This document shows, one piece after another, positions 27,517 through 33,372 of a stretch of DNA of 33,372 bases. The position numbers and the translations under genes are program-made. The notes beneath the pieces are model-generated. The model did not search any database. It was not told where the DNA came from and saw nothing but the letters and a program-made list of their open reading frames with translations. Each line of letters begins with the position of its first letter. Positions within the stretch are counted from its first letter, which is position 1. This DNA comes from Bacteroidales bacterium (GTDB taxonomy: Bacteria > Bacteroidota > Bacteroidia > Bacteroidales > SM23-62), in NCBI GenBank assembly GCA_036480555.1, contig JAZGGT010000623.1:1-33372 (forward strand), read 5' to 3'.

Positions 27517-29211
27517 ATGAAAACAAAAAAGGTAAGCGGATCGGAAGCCGTTATTCTATCCCTCCTCGAAGAAGGGGTTGAAACGATATTCGGATATCCG
27601 GGTGGTGCCATCATGCCCATCTATGACCTCTTGTATGACTACCAGGATAAGATAAAGCATATCCTTACAAGGCATGAGCAGGGTGCAGCGCATGCAGCCC
27701 AGGGTTATGCCCGGGTGACCGGTAAAGTGGGTGTGTGTATGGTTACATCGGGACCTGGAGCAACCAATCTTACTACGGGACTTGCAGATGCCATGCTGGA
27801 CTCCACTCCCATTATTTGTATCAGCGGACAGGTTGTATCCGGACTCCTGGGTACGGATGCGTTCCAGGAAACGGATGTCATGGGATTTTCCATGCCCATT
27901 ACCAAATGGAATATCCAGATAACCAAGGCTGAAGAGATCCCGGAGATGATGGCCAGGGCATTTTTTATTGCCACTACCGGGAGACCTGGTCCCGTTATGA
28001 TCGATATTACCAAAGACGCCCAGTTTGCTGAATTGGATTTCAGTTATGAAAAATGCAAGGATGTCAGAAGCTACGTGCCCCGTCCCAAACTCCAGATGGA
28101 ATATGTAGAAAAGGCGGCAGAATTGATCAACAACGCCAAGAAACCCATGGCATTGGTGGGACAGGGAGTGATACTGTCAGGTGCTGAAAAGGAATTACTG
28201 GTATTTATCGAGAAAGCACAGATCCCCGCTGCCTGGACCCTGCTTGGGAATTCCGCCATGCCGAGTGACCACCCGCTAAACGTCGGTATGCTTGGCATGC
28301 ACGGGAATTACGGTCCAAATATAAAAACCAACGAAAGTGACCTTCTGATCGCCCTGGGAATGAGATTTGATGACCGTGTAACAGGTGATGTTAAATCCTA
28401 CGGTACAATGGCAAAAGTGGTACATTTTGAGATCGATCATTCCGAGGTAAACAAGAATGTCAAGGCCGATGTCGCCGTGATCGCAGATATCAAGGAAACT
28501 TTTGAGGCCATCCTTCCCCTTATTAAAAAGAACAAGCATGAAGAGTGGCTTAACCAGTTTAAACACGCCTACCAATATGAGTATGAAAAGGTCATAGAAA
28601 AAGATATCCACCCCCAGAAGGAGGGCCTGACCATGGGAGAAGTTATCAGGATGATCACAGAGAAGACCAAGGGAGAGGCCATCCTTGTCACCGATGTCGG
28701 ACAACACCAGATGATCGCCAACCGGTACTTCAAGTTCAAGCACAGCCGGAGTCTGGTTACTTCAGGTGGACTGGGAACCATGGGATTCGGACTCCCGGCT
28801 GCATTTGGTGCACAAACGGGTCAACCCGATAAAACGGTGGTTGCTGCTATCGGTGATGGAGGCTTCCAGATGACCATACAGGAACTCGGCACGATATGGC
28901 AGAATAAAGCCCCTGTCAAGATTGTCCTCCTGAACAATAATTTCCTGGGGATGGTAAGGCAGTGGCAACAATTGTTTTTCAACAAGAGATATTCTTCAAC
29001 CGAACTGACCAATCCTGATTTCATAACTATCGCCAAAGGATTTGGCATAAATGGCAAGAAAGTATCGGAGCGGAAAGACCTGGATGGAACCATCGAAGAG
29101 ATGTTGAGCCACGAGGGTCCCTTCCTGCTTGAAGTTAGCGTGGAAAAAGAAGACAATGTATTCCCCATGGTACCTGCAGGAGCATCTGTCTCAGATATCC
29201 GCCTTGAATAA
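27517..29211 (+). CDS. ilvB: Acetolactate synthase, large (catalytic) subunit
   Basis: 564 aa with GYPGGAIMPIYD, TSGPGATN, and the ThDP motif GDGGFQM...LNNNFLGMVRQWQ. Confidence 0.95.
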   Translation: MKTKKVSGSEAVILSLLEEGVETIFGYPGGAIMPIYDLLYDYQDKIKHILTRHEQGAAHAAQGYARVTGKVGVCMVTSGPGATNLTTGLADAMLDSTPIICISGQVVSGLLGTDAFQETDVMGFSMPITKWNIQITKAEEIPEMMARAFFIATTGRPGPVMIDITKDAQFAELDFSYEKCKDVRSYVPRPKLQMEYVEKAAELINNAKKPMALVGQGVILSGAEKELLVFIEKAQIPAAWTLLGNSAMPSDHPLNVGMLGMHGNYGPNIKTNESDLLIALGMRFDDRVTGDVKSYGTMAKVVHFEIDHSEVNKNVKADVAVIADIKETFEAILPLIKKNKHEEWLNQFKHAYQYEYEKVIEKDIHPQKEGLTMGEVIRMITEKTKGEAILVTDVGQHQMIANRYFKFKHSRSLVTSGGLGTMGFGLPAAFGAQTGQPDKTVVAAIGDGGFQMTIQELGTIWQNKAPVKIVLLNNNFLGMVRQWQQLFFNKRYSSTELTNPDFITIAKGFGINGKKVSERKDLDGTIEEMLSHEGPFLLEVSVEKEDNVFPMVPAGASVSDIRLE

Positions 29212-29235
29212 GAAAACTTACAAAATTTTATAAAA

Positions 29236-29784
29236 ATGGAAGAAAAGGAATTCACCATAACAGCTTTTTCTGAAAACAGCATAGGATTGCTGAACAGGAT
29301 CACGATCATTTTTACCCGCCGGCATCTGAACATTGAAAGCCTGGCAGTATCAGAGTCTGCCATCCATGGGATCTTTAAGTTCACTATTGTTATCAAGACC
29401 AACCAGGAGCTGATTGAGAAAGTTGTCAAACAGATCGAAAAGGTCGTGGATGTGCTGAGGGCATATTACCTCTGCCAGGAGGAGATCATTTACCAGGAGA
29501 TCGCCCTGTATAAGGTCCCCACCGAAGCCCTGACCCGGAGTTCGGAAATTGAAGGCCTGGTCAGAAGATATAATGCCAGGATACTTGAAGTCACCAACGA
29601 TTATACGGTGATCGAGAAAACCGGTCATAAGGAGGAGACCCAGCTGCTATTCGATGAAATGAAAAAATTTGGCGTACTCCAATTTACCCGGTCCGGCCGG
29701 ATTGCCATCACCAAAGCTAAAAAGGAAAGGCTGTCTGAATACCTGGTAAAACTTGACACAGAAAAACCCAGGGTTAGAATCTAA
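29236..29784 (+). CDS. ilvN: Acetolactate synthase, small (regulatory, ACT domain) subunit
   Basis: 182 aa. FTITAFSENSIGLLNRITIIFTRRHLNIESL is the typical ACT N-terminus of IlvN/IlvH. It sits between ilvB and ilvC. Confidence 0.9.
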   Translation: MEEKEFTITAFSENSIGLLNRITIIFTRRHLNIESLAVSESAIHGIFKFTIVIKTNQELIEKVVKQIEKVVDVLRAYYLCQEEIIYQEIALYKVPTEALTRSSEIEGLVRRYNARILEVTNDYTVIEKTGHKEETQLLFDEMKKFGVLQFTRSGRIAITKAKKERLSEYLVKLDTEKPRVRI

Positions 29785-29802
29785 TCTACTTATAATAAAA
29801 AA

Positions 29803-30852
29803 ATGGCAAAACTAAATTTTGGAGGCGTTGAAGAAAACGTCGTTACCCGGGATGAGTTCCCGCTTTCAAAAGCACGGGAAGTGCTTAAAGATGAAATTAT
29901 CGCTATTATAGGCTATGGTGTACAGGGACCTGCCCAGGCATTGAACCTCAAAGACAACGGGATTTCTGTGATCATTGGACAGGAACCTGATTTCAAGGAT
30001 GACTGGGACAAGGCTGTAAAGGATGGCTGGGTTCCAGGAGAAACCCTGTTCCCGATTACAGAAGCCGCTGAAAAAGCCACGGTCATTCAATACCTGATAT
30101 CGGATGCAGCCCAGCGGACAGTGTGGCCCAGCTTAAAGCCCTGCCTGAAGGAAGGGGATGCTTTGTATTTCTCCCATGGATTCTCCATTACCTATAAGGA
30201 GCAGACGAATGTGATCCCTCCTGATAATGTAGACGTTATCCTGGTTGCCCCGAAAGGGTCCGGCACCAGTGTAAGGCGGAATTTCCTGGCAGGTACAGGG
30301 ATCAACTCCAGCTATGCGATTTTTCAGGACTATACCGGGAAGGCCGAAGAAAGAGCCCTTGCCCTGGGCATTGGGATAGGCTCAGGCTACCTCTTCCCTA
30401 CTACTTTCAAGGGTGAGGTATACAGTGACCTGACCGGCGAACGTGGTGTTTTGATGGGAGCCCTGGCCGGTATCATGGAAGCCCAGTACCAGGTACTCAG
30501 GGAGAATGGCCACAGTCCGTCTGAAGCCTTCAACGAAACGGTCGAGGAGCTCACCCAGAGCCTGTTCCGTCTGGTCGGCGAGAACGGCTTGGATTGGATG
30601 TATGCCAATTGCAGCGCCACTGCCCAGCGGGGGGCACTGGACTGGCTACCCAAATTCAGGGAGGCAACCCTGCCCGTATTCAAAGAATTATATGAAAGGG
30701 TTATAACAGGAGAAGAAACAAAGGTTGTGCTCGAGAAAACCGGGCGTCCGGATTACAAGGAACTCCTTTCTGCTGAACTGAAAGAGCTCAGGGAATCTGA
30801 GATGTGGCAGGCCGGCGCCCAGGTACGCAGCCTGCGCCCGAAAGAGGGATAA
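29803..30852 (+). CDS. ilvC: Ketol-acid reductoisomerase
   Basis: 349 aa with IIGYGVQGPAQALNLKDNG (NADPH site), LISDAAQ, FSHGF, APKGSGTSVRR and GERGVLMG. Confidence 0.96.
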   Translation: MAKLNFGGVEENVVTRDEFPLSKAREVLKDEIIAIIGYGVQGPAQALNLKDNGISVIIGQEPDFKDDWDKAVKDGWVPGETLFPITEAAEKATVIQYLISDAAQRTVWPSLKPCLKEGDALYFSHGFSITYKEQTNVIPPDNVDVILVAPKGSGTSVRRNFLAGTGINSSYAIFQDYTGKAEERALALGIGIGSGYLFPTTFKGEVYSDLTGERGVLMGALAGIMEAQYQVLRENGHSPSEAFNETVEELTQSLFRLVGENGLDWMYANCSATAQRGALDWLPKFREATLPVFKELYERVITGEETKVVLEKTGRPDYKELLSAELKELRESEMWQAGAQVRSLRPKEG

Positions 30853-30858
30853 TGGTGC

Positions 30859-31524
30859 ATGGAGGAGAAGAAGAAATTTATACACAGTCTGGTATTCCCG
30901 ACCTTTTTCCTCGTTCTGATCTGGGTGATCAAGATATCGGAAGCAGCCCTGGAAATGAGTTTTACTCATCTGGGGCTGTTCCCTTTAGAGGCCAGCGGAT
31001 TAAAAGGCATCCTGTTCGCCCCGCTGATCCACGCCGATTTCAAGCACCTTTTTGATAATTCGGTACCACTCTACTGCCTGAGCATCGCCATTTTCTATTT
31101 CTACCGCCCTGTTGCCTACCGGGTATTTTTCCTGATCTGGTTCATCTCCGGGCTAATTGTCTGGCTAACCGCCCGGCCTGCTTACCATATCGGGGCCAGC
31201 GGCCTGGTCTATGGTTTTGCATCTTTCGTATTTTTCAGTGGCGTCATCCGCAATAATATCCACCTGCTGGCCATCTCCCTGATCGTAGTATTCATGTATG
31301 GCAGCCTGATATGGGGTATCCTCCCCTATGACCTGAGGATCTCCTGGGAATCCCACCTGGTAGGCGGATTATCGGGACTCGGCATAGCCCTGTTCTACCG
31401 GAGATACGGTCCGCCGTCAACCAAAAAAGAATGGCCCGAAGAGGATGACGAAGATGAGGAGGAAGGCCCGCCGGATGATGGAACCGGGACAGAATACACG
31501 GGCGACAGGGACAGATTCATTTAA
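30859..31524 (+). CDS. Rhomboid family intramembrane serine protease
   Basis: 221 aa with six hydrophobic helices, the catalytic GASGLVYG (GxSG), a later SHLVGGLSG (His helix), and an acidic C-terminal tail. Confidence 0.8.
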   Translation: MEEKKKFIHSLVFPTFFLVLIWVIKISEAALEMSFTHLGLFPLEASGLKGILFAPLIHADFKHLFDNSVPLYCLSIAIFYFYRPVAYRVFFLIWFISGLIVWLTARPAYHIGASGLVYGFASFVFFSGVIRNNIHLLAISLIVVFMYGSLIWGILPYDLRISWESHLVGGLSGLGIALFYRRYGPPSTKKEWPEEDDEDEEEGPPDDGTGTEYTGDRDRFI

Positions 31525-31561
31525 TTTAATATATATTAGCAGCGATCAAGCGGGAAAGAAC

Positions 31562-32173
31562 ATGTTGCTTAAGGTACATCCTGAGAATCCCAACCAGCGG
31601 CAGATCCTGAAAGCATGTGAGGTGCTTCAGGATGGAGGCGTACTGGTTTACCCGACCGATACAGTCTATGCGCTTGGGTGTGATATTTATAAAACCAGGG
31701 CGGTGGACAAAATTGCGAGGCTGAAGGGAATCAGGTTGAACCAGGCAGATTTCTCCTTCATCTTCTCGGATCTCAGCCAGCTGTCTGATTATACAAAGCT
31801 GGTGAGCAATCCCGTATTCAAAATGATGAAAGCTTACCTGCCGGGGCCATATACCTTCATTTTGCCCGCACGGAATAATATCCCGCGTATCTTCCGCAGC
31901 AGGAAAAAGACCATCGGTATACGTATACCCGACAACAATATCCCCCTGGAAATTGTCAGGGAACTGGGCCATCCCATTATGACCACCTCCATCCATGATG
32001 AAGATGAGCTGATCGAGTATACTACGGATCCCGAATTGATCTGGGACAAATTCAAGGACCAGGTCGATGCCGTAATTGACGGAGGTTATGGAAAAAATGA
32101 ACCATCCACAGTGATAGACTGCACAAACCATGAACCGGTGGTGGTAAGGCTGGGAATCGGACCGGTCGATTAA
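31562..32173 (+). CDS. tsaC: L-threonylcarbamoyladenylate synthase (YrdC/TsaC family)
   Basis: Has VLVYPTDTVYALGCD, PGPYTFIL, IGIRIP and STVID motifs. ATG 31562 (MLLKVHPENP) is preferred over track start 31445, which overlaps the rhomboid gene. Confidence 0.9.
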   Translation: MLLKVHPENPNQRQILKACEVLQDGGVLVYPTDTVYALGCDIYKTRAVDKIARLKGIRLNQADFSFIFSDLSQLSDYTKLVSNPVFKMMKAYLPGPYTFILPARNNIPRIFRSRKKTIGIRIPDNNIPLEIVRELGHPIMTTSIHDEDELIEYTTDPELIWDKFKDQVDAVIDGGYGKNEPSTVIDCTNHEPVVVRLGIGPVD

Positions 32174-32237
32174 TTCTCAACCCTGGCAAATTTCCTGTAA
32201 TCTGTCTCACCGGCCAAAAACAATCTATGTCGCAATA

Positions 32238-33372
32238 TTACTTCTTCCAGAACCCCGGGGAGAAGAGTATGAGAACGGTGAAAAGCTCGAGCCTTCCGAT
32301 AAGCATGAGGAAGCTCAGGAACCACTTGCCAAAGCCCGGGAAGTGAGCATAGTTTTCAATAGGACCGACAAGGCCTATACCCGGACCGATATTACCGAGT
32401 GTTGCCGCAACAGAACCAAAGGATGTCCCAAGGTCATATCCCATGGCAGCCATTACGATCACCCCAATGACCAGGGTGATGATATAAAAGGAAATAAAGG
32501 CAAATACGTTGTTCAGGACATCCGGCGTCACAGCATGTTTATTGAACCGTACCGGTATCACTGCCTGCGGATGGATAAGCCTTTTGAGTTCCATGGCCGA
32601 ATTCTTCAGCAACAGAACGATCCTGAGTATCTTGATCCCGCCACCAGTAGAACCGGCCGAACCCCCGAAAAACATCATCATGAAAATAATAATCCCTACA
32701 AGAGGTAACCATGTGAGGTAATCATAAGTCACAAATCCTGTGGTTGTCACAATCGATACGACCTGGAATATAGCCAGGCGGAAGGATTCTTCCACAGGGT
32801 GCGTTGAGGTAAAGAAAAGGATCACGCTCAGGAGCAGTGTAAAACCCATCAGGATACCCACATAATACCTGAATTCCTCATTTCGCCAAACCTTGTCAAA
32901 ACGGCGGTGCATGGCAAAATAAGAGAGGGTAAAATTAGTCCCTGCCAGGAACATGAAGATGGTGATCACATAATGGATATACGGGGAATCCCAGTGTGCA
33001 ATGCTGGCCGTCTTGGTGGAATACCCTCCGGTTGCCATTGTGGAAAAGGAATGACAGATGGCATCGAAGAGTCTCATATCACCCACCCATAACAGCAGGA
33101 TCTCCATGATGGTGAAGATGATATAGATGGCCCACAACCTTTTGGCTGTCTCCTTGATCCTGGGATGCAGCTTATCGGGTAGCGGTCCGGGTACCTCGGC
33201 CACAAACAATTGCATGCCGCCTACACCGAGCAGTGGCAATATGGCCAGGGACATTACGATGATCCCCATGCCTCCAAGCCACTGGGTCAGGCTCCGCCAG
33301 AAAAGGAGTCCATGTGGCAGGATCTCTACCTGGTCCAGGATGCTGGCCCCGGTGGTGGTAAAACCCGAGATG
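32238..33372 (-). CDS. trkH: TrkH/KtrB-family potassium uptake protein (N-terminus outside the window)
   Basis: Multi-pass membrane protein with GGSAGSTGGGIKILR and TATGFVT-like selectivity-loop repeats. The frame stays open to the window edge, and the family is about 480-500 aa. Confidence 0.85.
   Translation of the reverse strand, partial: ISGFTTTGASILDQVEILPHGLLFWRSLTQWLGGMGIIVMSLAILPLLGVGGMQLFVAEVPGPLPDKLHPRIKETAKRLWAIYIIFTIMEILLLWVGDMRLFDAICHSFSTMATGGYSTKTASIAHWDSPYIHYVITIFMFLAGTNFTLSYFAMHRRFDKVWRNEEFRYYVGILMGFTLLLSVILFFTSTHPVEESFRLAIFQVVSIVTTTGFVTYDYLTWLPLVGIIIFMMMFFGGSAGSTGGGIKILRIVLLLKNSAMELKRLIHPQAVIPVRFNKHAVTPDVLNNVFAFISFYIITLVIGVIVMAAMGYDLGTSFGSVAATLGNIGPGIGLVGPIENYAHFPGFGKWFLSFLMLIGRLELFTVLILFSPGFWKK

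Overview
This window looks like a chromosomal, mostly housekeeping segment of a Bacteroidota genome. Supporting signs are a T9SS type-A C-terminal sorting domain, TAnnTTTG -7 promoter boxes, DUF4199, DUF2752 and CCC-motif families, and a 754-aa mitochondrial-type aconitase. I support about 34 protein genes. They include a BNR/Asp-box protein, gap, a GH28 + GH31 pair, a MacB/FtsX permease + DUF1987 (SiaC-like) pair, aconitase, a LuxC-like acyl-CoA reductase, miaA, a Nudix hydrolase and an NMO/FabK-family flavoprotein. There is also a minus-strand glycan operon (DUF4199, GT2, GT4, hddA, gmhA, hddC-gmhB fusion), an ilvD-ilvB-ilvN-ilvC operon, a rhomboid protease, tsaC and a partial trkH. Features absent from the ORF track are an SRP (4.5S) RNA, an ilv leader peptide with attenuator terminator, two small sub-60-aa ORFs, and a decayed N-terminal fragment of a second GT4 gene. 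I see no CRISPR array, transposase or integrase, tRNA, defence island or convincing new multi-gene system. The most interesting observations are four. (1) An Ile/Leu/Val-rich leader peptide with terminator and antiterminator lies just upstream of ilvD. (2) A sharply AT-rich four-gene heptose-nucleotide/GT4 cassette abuts the remnant of a native-composition GT4 paralog, which suggests cassette replacement. (3) A single in-frame TGA splits an otherwise intact T9SS sorting domain. (4) An orphan SiaC-like partner-switch protein sits behind a MacB-type permease. All coordinates of small elements were derived by hand and should be re-verified computationally.
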